A stretch of 64,000 bases of DNA from Fistulifera solaris (GCA_030295235.1 AP026125.1:310001-374000); one strand, 5' to 3'. Positions 36,498 through 49,209 are shown, counted from the first letter of the stretch. The notes: generated by a model not told the origin, from the sequence alone. Made by a program: numbers and translations.

Positions 36498-39400
36498 ATG
36501 TCGTGCCGACGGCTGGTCGTTTTCGCCATACTGGCGGCTCCGGTCGCCATGGCTTTTCTTTCTTCTCCTCCTTCAACGAGTAGCAAAGTAGGCCTTTCCA
36601 TGGCCTGGCCGAAAGATCAACCTACCAACATGTTTGATGGCCCGGCACCACTCGTGCAAGAACGCGACGCCTGCGGTGTCGGTTTCGTCGCCAATGTGAA
36701 AGAAGGTGGGCCGTTCGGTTCCCACAAAGTCCTCACACAAGGTCTCAGTGCCCTAGGATGTATGGAACATCGCGGGGCGTGTGGTGGAGACGGCGTCTCG
36801 GGCGATGGGGCCGGTGTCATGACGGGGATACCGTGGAAACTCTTTCAAGAGTTCACGACCGACGAATGTCCGGAACCGGGCGTCGGAATGATCTTTTGCC
36901 CCGCAATGCCATGCGTCGCAAGGCGGTCAAAGATCTCATCGAAGATGTCTGTCAAGCCAACGAACTCCAATTTTTGGGTTGGAGAGAAGTTCCGGTCGAT
37001 AATTCCGTCTTGGGTGAATTGGCCTACCAGGCGCGTCCGAGTATTTGGCAATTCTTCGTCCAGCCGCCGAAGCGACTCGAAGACGATAAGGATCGTGATG
37101 GGTTTGAACGAACCCTCTATCTGGTGCGACGTCGATTTGGAGTGCAACTCGCCAAGCAGGGATTGGTGTGGAACAATGAAGAAGGAAGTGAGACCTACGT
37201 GGCCTCGTTCAGTTCTCGTACCATTGTCTACAAGGCCATGGTGCAGTCGGCGGTCTTACCGCAATTTTACAAGGACTTGGCCAATCCGGATTACACCTCC
37301 AAGTTCGTCATTTACCATCGCCGTTATTCCACAAACACGAGTCCCCGCTGGCCTTTGGCTCAGCCCATGCGAGTGGTGGGTCACAACGGTGAGATCAATA
37401 CTTTGCTGGGGAATGTTAACTGGATCAAGGCGCGAGAAGCGTCTAAAGCCATCAGTACGATTGAAAATACCGACGATTTGGTCGACTTTGACAACACGAT
37501 GAATATTGTGACCATGTGCAACACGCAAGATATTCCATCGGTGCTCGAGCCCGTTGTTGATTTGGGACGTTCCGACTCGGCAAATTTGGATTCCGTCTTT
37601 GAGCTCATGTGCAAGTCACGACACCGTGCCCCTTGTGCACTCATGGCCATGGTTCCGACTGCTTACGTGAACAATCCCGACCTAGCTGATCACCCCGAAA
37701 TTACCGATTTTTACAAGTTCCATGGAGGACTTTTTGGAGCCGTGGGATGGACCTGCTCTTTTGGTTTTTTCGGATGGTAAATCGATTGGTGCATCACTTG
37801 ATCGTAATGGACTTAGACCGGCCCGATACAGCATTGGAAATGATGGAACTGTTTACATGATGAGCGAAACGGGTGTGATTCCTGGGCTGGAGGAATCCGA
37901 AATTGTTGAAAAGGGTCGCCTTGGACCGGGCCAAATGATCAATGTTGATTTGTCTACGGGGGCCTTTAAGGACAATATTCAAATTAAGAGCGAAATCGCT
38001 AGTCGTAAGTGCAAAAGATCGAGTCGCATTACAGAATGATCGCTGTGTGGATTGTCTAACCAATGGGTTCTTCACAGGTCATCCTTACGGTGAATGGATC
38101 GCGAGACAACGCAAAGATGTCCATAAGATGGACGCTCCCGACGAACGCCTCTACGATGACTCTACGGCGACTTTTGCCCAAGGATCGTTTGGTTGGTCGC
38201 TCGAAGATATCGGAATGCAGATTGCTGATATGGCGGGTGCAGCAAAAGAGACCACTTATTCTATGGGAGATGATGCACCGATTGCTGTCCTCTCGGAGCG
38301 TCCGCAGCCTCTCTACAACTACTTCAAACAACGTTTCGCCCAAGTAACCAACCCACCCATTGATCCGTTGCGTGAAGGTGTTGTCATGTCGTTGGCGATG
38401 ACGCTCGGTAAGAAAGAGTCGATTTACAAGGTCTCAGAAAAGGGTGCGCGCTTAATTCACTTGGAGTCACCTATTTTGAATGCTGCCGAAATGGAACGTA
38501 TTGCCGAAATGAGCAAGCCCGAGAACGGCGGCTTTCAGCAAACTACGGTTTCGACGCGATACGCACTTAGTGATGGACCATCGGGACTACAGAAGGCTCT
38601 TGATCAAGTGTGTGACGCTGCTGTTGCGGCTGTGAAGGAGGGCAGTGAAGTCTTGATTCTAAGCGACTTTGCGAAGGACCAAGGTGAACTTGACTCTACT
38701 ACATACATTCCTCCAATGATCGCTGTTGGTGCGGTGCACCATCGTTTAATTGAGGAAGGTCTGCGTATGGATACAGGTATTGTTGTTGAAACTGGTGGAG
38801 CCTGGAGCACACATCACTTTGCCTGCTTGGTAGGATATGGAGCGAACGCTGTTCACCCTTATCTGGCTCTCGAAACCGTTAAGCAGTGGCACGGACAAGA
38901 CAAAACTCAAAAAGCTATGGAAGCCGGAAAGCTTAAAAAGACGACAACGGCTCAAGCGCAAGAAAAATTACCGTAAGGCTGTTGACGACGGTTTGCTGAA
39001 GATTTTGTCGAAGATGGGTATCAGTTTGTTGTCATCGTATCAGGGTGCTCAGATTTTCGAAGCCATCGGCATCGGTGAAGACGTGATTAGTCGTAGTTTC
39101 AAGGGCACCACCAGTCGAATCGGCGGAGTTAGTTTCGAGGATATTGCCCGTGAAACGGTAATGATGCGCCCCGAGGTAGCTGAAGCCAAGATGAAACTCA
39201 TCAATTACGGTTTCTACAAGCCAGTGCCAGCGCTTGGTGAATACCACATTAACTCCTCAGATATGGCTAAGTTACTACACGACGCTATTGGTTTGGATAA
39301 AAGGTCAGTGCTGCGTCAAACCGCGACGAGCTCGAGAATGATGGCGTCAAGCCGGCTTCTGTAGCCAACTATGAAATCTTCAAGAAATCAATTGAGAGCG

Positions 39401-41658
39401 CCCCCCTTGCAAACATTCGTGATTTGCTCGACTTCGACTCGGATCGGAAGAGCATCCCAATTGAAGAGGTTGAGCCCGCTGCAGCGATTCTCGAGCGTTT
39501 CTGCACCGGTGCTATGTCTCTGGGAGCTCTTTCACGTGAAGCACACGAGAACTTGGCAATTGCCGTGAACAGAATTGGTGGCAAGAGCAATTCTGGTGAA
39601 GGAGGCGAAGACGTCATTAGATGCTTGCCGATTGAGGATGTTGATGAGAATGGCCGAAGTCCCACTTTTCCTCACTTGGCCGGACTCAAAAATGGTGATT
39701 CGGCGAATTCATTCGTTCATCAGGTCGCGAGTGGCCGCTTCGGAGTTACTCCTCAATTCCTTGTCACCGCCAAGCAAATCGAGATCAAAATGGCCCAAGG
39801 TGCAAAGCCTGGTGAAGGTGGTCAACTTCCCGGACCGAAGGTATCCGACTACATTGCGGGCCTACGTGCTAGTAAGCCCGGTGTCACCTTGATTTCGCCA
39901 CCACCCCATCACGACATCTACTCCATTGAGGTACGTTTCCTATTTTCGTCTCGACTTTGGTTTGATTCTACTCATTCTGAATCATTGCCTATTTAATCGT
40001 TGCTCTACGTAGGATCTTGCTCAATTGATCCATGACTTGCATGCTGCGAATGAGAAAGCTGGTGTGTCTGTAAAACTCGTTTCAAGTATTGGTATCGGCA
40101 CTGTCGCATGCGGTGTTGCCAAGGCAGGTGCCGATGTCATTCAAATCAGCGGAAACGACGGTGGTACTGGTGCATCTCCTCTCAGCAGCATAAAGCACGC
40201 CGGCAGTCCATGGGAGCTTGGTTTGACTGAAGCTCATTCTGCCTTGATGAACAACAATTTGCGCGATCGTGTTATCATTCGTGTCGATGGAGGTATTCGT
40301 ACGGGTCGTGATGTTGCTATTGCAGCAATGCTGGGCGGTGAGGAATACGGTTTCGGTACCATTGCAATGATTGCTGAAGGTTGTGTAATGGCGCGAGTCT
40401 GCCACTTGAATACTTGCCCTGTGGGAGTAACTTCACAGAAAGAGGAGTTGCGAAAGAAGTTTCCTGGAACTCCTGAACACGTGGTCAACTTTTTCATGTT
40501 TGTTGCTGAAGAAGTACGACAGATCATGGCTCACCTCGGTTACAGCAAGTTTGAAGACATCATTGGTCGCGCCGATCTACTCACTGTTTCCAAGACAAAC
40601 AAGGAGCGCGTTGTAAAAACAAAGGGAGTCGACCTTGTGCCCTTCTTCTCCGGTGTGCCCAGTTCCGAGACTGACCGTGATTTCTTGTTAGCCAAGAGTG
40701 ACAAGGGAACCATGCTCAAGAAGGATCGAGTGCATGTGAATGGTTTTAGTTCTGAACTTGACCGAGAAGTATGCAATCACCCAGACATTAAGAAAGTGAT
40801 TGCTGATAACAAGGGCGAAACAGTGGTAAGCTTCCCGATCAAAAACACAGATCGAAGTGTCGGGGCCATGCTTTCGGGTGACATCGCGCGCGCCCATGGC
40901 AACTCTGGCTTTGAGGGTAAAATCACTGTTCGGTACGAGGGAAGCGCGGGTCAATCCTTCGGAGCTTTCGGTCTTCCAGGCTTGAATGTTCGTTTGACCG
41001 GTGAAGCCAATGACTATGTCGGAAAGGGCATGCATGGTGGAGAACTTGTCGTTGTACCGGATGGTGACGCGGGCTTTGTCGCTGCTGACTCCAGCATTGT
41101 TGGTAATGCTTGTCTCTATGGTGCCACCGGCGGTGATTTCCATGCTAATGGTCGCTCCGGAGAGCGATTTGCCGTGCGTAACAGCGGAGCGTACGCGGTC
41201 GCGGAAGGTGCCGGCGACCACTGCTGTGAATACATGACCGGTGGTGTTGTCGTTATGCTTGGATCAGTGGGACGTAACGTCGGCGCCGGTATGACGGGTG
41301 GCATTGGTTACTTCTACGACGACGATGACTCCTTCCAGTCCAAGGTAAACCGCGAGATCGTCAAGGTACAGCGAGTGACCACTCCAGAGGGCTGACACAG
41401 CTCAAGAGCATGATTGAGCGCCACTATGAGCTTACAGGAAGCGAACGCGCCGACAAGATCTTGAGTAGCTGGGAAGAAGAATCGGCCAAGTTCTGGCAGG
41501 TGTATCCCCCTTCGGAGGCCAGAACACCTTTGATCGAATTGTCCAGTGAACCGACCACCATTCTTCGGGTGAGTGCCAGCGCCCCGGATGGGGAAGTGTG
41601 CTTCCTGCCTGTCGGCAAAAGTCTGAGCCCAGAGCAGACTCAACGGTGTGCTGATTAA
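36498..41658 (+). CDS. GLU1: Plastid-targeted ferredoxin-dependent glutamate synthase (Fd-GOGAT), with introns and several indels
   Basis: Signal peptide then [14 protein letters not shown] (GATase Cys1), [77 protein letters not shown] (3Fe-4S), GXGXG domain. No NADH beta domain. Confidence 0.96.
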
Positions 41659-41913
41659 GAGAATAATAATAATATGTGCTAAATTCTTTGGAATGTTCAT
41701 GTTCTCTCCAAGATGTGTACCAGGTAGTCTACTACATAGACGTTGATACCAACTATTCTATGTCGCACTGTGGAAATGACACATAATTGCAAATTGTGCT
41801 TTTGGTACTACTTGCTACACAAACAATGCGCTAAACAGTCTCCGCACAAAAGAAAAAACAAAAGCATCAACACATCTTTTGACCCCATTTCCTTCTCCAT
41901 TCCTTTCAATGAA

Positions 41914-43493
41914 ATGCCGATTACTCATCAAAACACCAGTAACTTACTAGAAGTCATCCCGAGCTCTAAGCGTACGCCCGCGCAAGTTTCTTGGTGGTGT
42001 ACAGCGGGAGACGAGTCGCCTACGTATAGGCTCCTCCGAAAACCAGTCAATCTCCAGGAACTCAACAAATTTGAGCGACCCTATAGTATATGGCGTGACA
42101 ACGAAACGCTCGCGTACGTGATACCGCATAATAAATCTGACTTTCCGGACGACGAGAGAAATTCTTTGCAGATTACATACGCTGGAACTGGTCCAGATAT
42201 CTACATATTCGGTGACACAGACACCGCGATTGCGGAAACCACTGCCTTTTTTCTAGAGTTGGAGGGAAGCAACACATGCGAAGATCGTCTTGAATTTCAG
42301 TTTCACGGTCACCAATCTTTCAATTTTCGAGATGCTGGGTCTCAATGTATAATGCACATGCTTAAGATCGCACCGTCCCGCGATATTTATTTCCGAAACA
42401 TCACAATCAGTACAGACCAGTCACTTGCTTTGGCGACAAGTAAGCATCCCAAGCATATCTATTTCTTCAAAACGGCGTTTGAAGATGAAGGATCTGCGTT
42501 TGTTGATGCACTTGAGACCCGTCAGTCGTCGTTTGGATCGTTGACATTCGAAGAAACGAGTCCTGGAATCAACGACAACAATTTGCAACGACTGTTTCGA
42601 GTTAGTGTGATCGAGCATTTGGGTTTACCCGTTTTGAGTGAAGCAACAACTCTTCTTTCTCTTGCTGCAAAGGTAGATTCTCTGGATTGTTTGATTTCCT
42701 CGTCATTGTTGCAAAAAGTCGATCTGCCTTCCCTGAGTATCGTAACTAACAAACTCGATATCGGTATAGATCATGACACCGAAGAGTTCCCTACTGAGCT
42801 CATGATTTCCTTTTGGCGACGCCTGGCTGCGTTGGGGCATTTTGAGGAATTGAAAGTAACACTCTTTGTCAACGATTGCGATGTACCTGACAGTATTGTG
42901 CAGGAAATGATTGCTGCTGTAAATGCAAACTCCAAGCTAAAGGTTCTTGATTTGTCCAGCAATACGAATTGGGACTGGAGTCCTCACATGGAAGCAATTT
43001 TTCAGGGTATTAAAGGCCACAAAGAACTTCGTACCTTGCTAGCATAGATGTCTTCTATAGCTAAGGTGATGATGAATGGGAGGACGTTGAATCTTTCGGT
43101 CCCAACTTTTGCTATCTCAAGCAACTGCTTCAACATAACAGGAACATAGTTGTAGAAGACTTCGAGGGTAATGTATATTCGGACGGATCATCGATCGGTG
43201 CTCTATACTACTTGAACCGAATCTATCGGGGCTCGGCTAATTTGGTTGCTCAACCGGAGTCGGAGCGAACCTCGCTGGTGGCGATCGCGTTATTAAAGCG
43301 TGCCTTACACGATTTTCAGCTTTCGGCCCTTCTTTTGTCCAATCATGTTGATGTGCTGCATGAACTAGTGCAGTTTGCCCTTCTTGATGGTTTTGATGAA
43401 GCTGCTTTTTCTTCACAAGCTGAGAATCGCCACACTCGGAAACGACCAGGAAGAATTCAACCACCTCGTGCGGCAAAACGAAAATCAAGATAA
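41914..43493 (+). CDS. RNI/LRR-like orphan family protein, tandem copy 1 (frame break near 43040)
   Basis: Colinear with 43908-45407: IPSSKRTPAQV, IWRDN, DIYIFGDTDTAIAET, FEDEGSAFV, SFGSL, FWRRLAALGHF, LEVLDL-type leucine repeats, LLLSNHVDVL. Confidence 0.75.
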
Positions 43494-43907
43494 TTGTCAT
43501 AATTATGCACTTTCAGTTCCTTCGAGTGCCTTCCAGAACGGAAGGGTGGGATGCTGTCAATACAACAAGATTAGTTTGCGCACGACACCGTACATCGTGT
43601 CCATAGATATCTCTCGCGAGAGCCTGTCTAGTATCGAGTAATACGTAGAATGAATAGAATCATCTAGCTAGAGCTAACAACTAACAACCCCTCTAGAATG
43701 GACAGATTACTACTTAGTCGGTAAAAACTGTTATATGTCGCAGAGAGTTCATGTACAGCACAATAGAATGTGCAGTACGATACGAAGTAGTCAACAGTAC
43801 TGATACGACATGCACGATGCACGCGACACTTCGGAAATTTGAAAGAAAGCGAAAAAGTCTTTCCATTCATTCTTTATTCTCAGTCATTCGCACACATCTG
43901 CAACAAG

Positions 43908-45407
43908 ATGGCAAATAATAGCCAAAGCATCGGTGAGGTGTTGAAACTTATTCCGCCTGCCGAGCGCACACCTGCACAGGTTGCTCAGTGGCGCGGAGGG
44001 CGAGTATCGAATACGTACCAGCTCCTTCAAAAACCGGCGAATCTGCAGGAGCTCACAAAATACGGGCTTCCCTTGGCGATATGGCGTGACAACAATACGA
44101 TTGTGTATATTTATCCTGACAGTTCCAAAGATCATAACCTTTGTAGTGATCGAGTATTTCTGAAATTGACGGACTATGGTGATAATCCTCATCTGGACAT
44201 TTTCGGTGAAACAAACACTGCCATCGCAGAAACAGGCGCCTTCATCCTGGGGTTCATGGATCAAAAGCATAAACATTCACTTCATATCGGATGCTGCAAC
44301 CGGCTCTTTGATTTTCGTGCCACTGGGCATGACTGTTTGAAAAGACTGGTCGAAACAGACGCGCCCCGTAATATTGTGTTCCATAACTTGACGCTGATCG
44401 CAGAACAGTCGGTTGTCTTGTCGACACAACCCCATCCTACAAAGCTGTCGTTTTGGGCTTGTAAATTTGAAGACGGGGGAACAGCCTTTGTGAACGGCCT
44501 TCGCAATCGTAAAACGTCGTTCGGTTCATTGCACTTTTTGGAGCCTACTGCTCTCGATGACAATAACTTAAAACGCCTCTTTCAAGTACCCTGGCTTGAA
44601 CGCTTGGAAATCCCCCGTCTTGATGATAAAATCGCTCTTCTTCCTTTTTCAGCACAAGCTGATCACCTCGAGTACGACATTTCCTCTGCTTCATTATTAA
44701 AGGCTAATTTATCTTCTCTGGGCATTGTGCCCCCTAAACTTTCGCTTTCTATTCACTTTGCTAATGAAAAGTTTCCAACCAACTTTGCTCATGCATTTTG
44801 GCGGCATTTAGCGGCATTGGGTCACTTTGTGGAGCTCAAACTTAGCCTTAACGGCATCGTGGGTTCAGATTTACCCAGTTTTGTTGTCGAAGAAATTGTG
44901 AGAGCTGTAATGGCGAATTCTCGGTTAGAAGTACTCGATTTGAGTAAACATCACAATGATTGCGTTTGGAATCAACACGTGGAAAAGTTCTTTGAAGGTA
45001 TAAAGGCTCACAAAGCTCTTCGTACCTTAAGAATAGCTGTTAACTACGGAGATGACGATGAAGCTTTTGGGCCCACTTCGTCGTATCTTCGACAGTTATT
45101 GTCTTGTAACAGGAACCTAACGGTGACGGATGGTAATGAACATGTTTATACCGACGGAGACTTCATTGATGAACTATATTCTTTGAATCGCTTCTATCGG
45201 GGCGCGGCGGATTTAGTGGCGTATTCACAATCGGACCGAATATTGTTGGTGACCATTGCTTTGCTGGTACATAGTTCAAACAATGTGCAGCGGTCGGCTC
45301 TCTTGTTATCGAATCATATTGATGTATTGAGTGAACTAGTTCTATTTGCACAGTTGGATGAAGCAGACGGATCACTCTTGCAGCTCTCATACGACGACGC
45401 TAAATAG
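43908..45407 (+). CDS. RNI/LRR-like orphan family protein, tandem copy 2
   Basis: Intact ~500-aa intronless ORF sharing the motifs above with copy 1. Confidence 0.8.
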   Translation: MANNSQSIGEVLKLIPPAERTPAQVAQWRGGRVSNTYQLLQKPANLQELTKYGLPLAIWRDNNTIVYIYPDSSKDHNLCSDRVFLKLTDYGDNPHLDIFGETNTAIAETGAFILGFMDQKHKHSLHIGCCNRLFDFRATGHDCLKRLVETDAPRNIVFHNLTLIAEQSVVLSTQPHPTKLSFWACKFEDGGTAFVNGLRNRKTSFGSLHFLEPTALDDNNLKRLFQVPWLERLEIPRLDDKIALLPFSAQADHLEYDISSASLLKANLSSLGIVPPKLSLSIHFANEKFPTNFAHAFWRHLAALGHFVELKLSLNGIVGSDLPSFVVEEIVRAVMANSRLEVLDLSKHHNDCVWNQHVEKFFEGIKAHKALRTLRIAVNYGDDDEAFGPTSSYLRQLLSCNRNLTVTDGNEHVYTDGDFIDELYSLNRFYRGAADLVAYSQSDRILLVTIALLVHSSNNVQRSALLLSNHIDVLSELVLFAQLDEADGSLLQLSYDDAK

Positions 45408-45696
45408 TGCAGATGTAGGAGTGAGTAGTCCTATGGTGCAGAGAACCAATACACACCTTGTGCGGCAAAACGAAGAAACTGGATGGCAAGTGGAAGTTTT
45501 TGTTAGACGACTGCCTACCCAACATCTAACATACTTGCCCGGCGTCCCTAGCTTCGATCGTCCAAATAGACAGTCACGAACGTGACTGACTTTTTCCTCC
45601 ACATGGAAGTGCGAAAAAGTGAGGCGATCAATAATAATGAAACAAAAATAAAACTTTCGAAAGTGTCAATTGTTGGTATATCAGAAAGAAGTAAGA

Positions 45697-46226
45697 ATGA
45701 GAAATTTAGTGAGATCGTTTGCGGCAAAATTGTTGATACTCCTGATGGCTGTGAGCGCAATAGCGCAACAAGCGACGATCACGCTCGACGGCGAAACAAT
45801 CAAAGGTGCGCCGACGTTCGATCCGGAACTAATGGCTAGTTTACGCAGTACGCATTCGGGGCTCTCCGAACAGGACGCACTGGATATTGCCGAAATGATC
45901 ATATCCATAAGAGGCGATCCAGAGAGCATAAAACTCTTGGAGGAAATGAGGAGCGGATCCGTGAAGAAAGATTTGGAGGAATTGAGAAAGACCATGGACG
46001 AGAAAGAAATCATCGAGCACATGGTGAGAACGTTATATGAAATGAAAGCCACTGAAATTCTTTTCGCAGACCCCGGAAGGGCTTTCGAGGAGATGAAAAA
46101 GAAGGAATGATACCAGCACATCAAATAGAGCTCTATGCGCAAAACCCAAAGCTCTTGGAAGCTGACACGCGCAAAGGGCTTTTCTTTTCTATGCTATCAC
46201 TTGCTGCGGCAGGCGGGTATTTGTAG
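45697..46226 (+). CDS. Hypothetical protein with signal peptide and C-terminal hydrophobic tail (frameshift near 46105)
   Basis: MRNLVRSFAAKLLILLMAVSAIA-QQ; continues in a shifted frame …MIPAHQIELYAQNPKLLEADTRKGLFFSMLSLAAAGGYL*. Confidence 0.7.
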
Positions 46227-46305
46227 AATAAAAAAAGAAATCGGTTATAGGCAAAGTTATTTGTAAGCTGTATGATAATAGAGATTGAACTGTTTCCTAT
46301 GCAAT

Positions 46306-48394
46306 TCAGTCATCCTCCACATCCCAGGCTTCTGCTGCGACAATGGGCGTTTTCATTACCATCGCCGCCGGCACCACATCGTAATCGTCGGCCCGAACCA
46401 CAACAAAGTTCTCATCGGTATCTCCAATGTCAGCCTGATAGCGCGGACGGCCTTCGCGCTTACCAGTCAAAATGTTCTTGGCGCTAAGGGGAACAATCTT
46501 TATCAGATTTGAAGGTTCATCGTATTGCAACACAAAGTAATACTTCTTGTCTCTTGTCTGCAGCTTCGGCTTTACAACTCGATTGTAATAATGTACACGA
46601 CTTCGAGGGTATGCCTTCACTTTCTGTTTGCAAAGCTCGTTCTTGTCTATTGCTTTTTGGGGAGCTGGGACTTAGCGTCAGCGGCTCCGGCGATGGCATA
46701 TCAGGCCGAATCCGACGAGCTTGCGATCCGTCTACTGCTGCATCTCTTGCACTCGTCTTCGGAGTAAGTCCAACCGAATCGCCGCCCTTGCTATTCAAAG
46801 AACCTTTGTAGGAGCTCATGGATGGTACTAGTTTCATAGAGCCAATTGGGCTATCTGGATCGGAGACGCGCCGGCGCTTGAGTGGGGGCTGATCACCAGC
46901 TGCCAGCGGTAAATTGTGTTTGTGAGACTTCTGATCCGAGCTTTTCGTTCTCACAATGACCTGAGAAGGTGGCATGCCGATGCTCTTCCGACGAGGAGTT
47001 GGCGACTTTCCACGCGCTGATAATGGCGGCCGTCCTCTCCTTGGAGTAACGGATGAAAAGTCCGAGGAGCTGCTCCTCCGAACGGAAGACTTTATGGCGG
47101 ATGACGACATAGCCGCGCCGAGTGGTTCTACTGTAGGTTTGTTTTCGACCGCAAGCTTCATCATTTCGTCAAGAAACGAAGGGCCCGAGGTTTTCGCCTC
47201 GCGTTCCGAAAGCTTAAGACACATCATGTAGCTCGGTCCACCGTGCTTCTGTAAGCTCTTTTCGGATTCGTTCGCATGGGTCCAGTGACAGTATCCTTGA
47301 ATAGGCTCCGTTTCATGGGCACCCAGCTGTTTCTCATATCTACAGACAGCCCCTACTCGAACAAAACCGAAGCGCTCGTAGAACGTTTTGGAAGAATCGG
47401 TTGCCTGAAGCACAAGATACTTGTACTTGCCAGTCTTCGTAATGCTCTCCAAGGCCATTCGAAGTAAAATTTCCCCACAACCAAGGCCTCCCAAAAGAGC
47501 AAGTTCTGCGATCCCCTCAAATACAACGCCCTCACCACGAGGGTCGCCCGATCGAGGCTGCATTTCGAGTTCGTTCGCTAACTCACCCGTGACATCGGCT
47601 TTTCCTGAGGTACTCGCGGAAAAGCCGCTCTCAAGATGTAAAGAGTCCCATTTAAAGTAATGAGTCCAAGTTGTGAAATTCGTCCACAAAACAAAACCTT
47701 GCAACCATCCTCCGTCCCGATGTCGCAATTGGAAGCCTCTCAAAGGGTCATCAATATCAACGCGATCACGAATATATTCTCGGGAAAGAGGAGCGTGAAA
47801 GGGTTTGGTACAACTGCTCGAGGATTTCATATCAATCATGTATCGGCAAATGGCAGCGGAAGTGCAAACAGCCGTCATCTCTGAAACAGAATCTTCCCAT
47901 TCAGATCGTTTCGATGGCACCCAGACAACGGTGGTATTCCCATCGGTAAAAGGAGGAGGCGGTTCGTTGCTATCACTCATCTCGCCGGCTTGTAAGCGAG
48001 ACGATCGTCTAGGAGCATTGCTTTCGAAAAAATACTGAAGAAAGGAACGATTCCGGTTCACTGGTGGAACCAATTGCATATCGTAGCGAACACGAGCTCG
48101 TGCGAGGGGTACTTCCCGTTTCGATTTGTCCCGCGTGGATTTTCGAGTCGGGCTTTGTATCTCCTGACGAATCAACTTTGACGGTGAAGCCGCCCTGTAC
48201 ATCTCCTCCTCTTCATCTTCACTTCTATTCTTAGTAATCGGTTTGTTATCCGGCTCACTATTATCCGATATAGATACGTTACTTGCATCCGGCCTACTCG
48301 TATCTTCCATTCGTGTGCTCTCCGCTGGGTCTTCCGTGATTCCGTCCAGCGAACGACGTCTCTTTTTCTGAGAAAGAGTAAACTGATCGACCAT
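46306..48394 (-). CDS. GNAT-family acetyltransferase domain protein (frameshift near 46620; start uncertain)
   Basis: ELALLGGLGCGEILLRMAL…YLVLQATDSSKTFYERFGFVRVG are GNAT motifs A/B. RGRP AT-hook-like motif, basic NLS-like runs, C-terminal YNRVVK…YYFVLQYD domain. Confidence 0.75.
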
Positions 48395-49209
48395 GGACTG
48401 CAATTTTGAAAACGAAAAAGTGAGGGGACCAAGTCCCATTTCCAAGCGACGATGCAATCGGCTACTTACGAGTTCGTAGTTCACCGCAAACACGTAATTC
48501 TTGCGAGGCGTAATGTTCGGGTAATATTCCCCCGCATGAGCCTCCAGCGGCATGTCTCGATCTATCACCCTCATGATTCTATTATTATGCTTATGAATCC
48601 CACGCCATTGCTTTAGATCGAACGACCCTTCGCGTGAAACGATCACAGATGCACGATGCGAAAAAATCGTTCCGCGTTGTTTTTTCGCGTCAAACCATCA
48701 GGGAGCTGCGGCACGAAAGAAGTGGATCTCTGTCGCATCTATCGATTTCTATGTAGAAAAGTAACTCCACGCCGTGCTTGCGCGCTTGAATCACAGTACA
48801 TTTTATCATAGAGCTAATTGCCTATCTTATTGCCACTTGACTGTCAACGGAAAAGAAGAATTTTACTATAACCCCAATGAGAAGGGCCCAAGGGAACTCC
48901 TCCAACCAAAAATCCATGGTACGTCAGAATGAGAGAAAACATGACACGTCGACCGTAGGGCTTTCAGTACATCCGTTTCTGTGATGAACTACGAATTCCT
49001 CTCGTGGATTTCTACGTGGTGAGATCGAGTGGCAGTGCGATAGAGGATGCCTTCTCACGCGGCACTCGACCTCCTTATCCCATTTTTTTGCTTGCTCCGC
49101 AAGGAAAGAGAGAGTGTGTTGCCATCAAGAAACGACAACCACCACCACAACACAACGTAATTAGTCTGCATCTTGCGTCAAAGAAATAAAATAGGAGGAC
49201 TTCAATCAA

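Noticed and set aside
41388..41400. In-frame TGA in GOGAT as selenocysteine or read-through
   Set aside because: Downstream homology continues in a different frame. Adding one G to the G-run restores [13 protein letters not shown].
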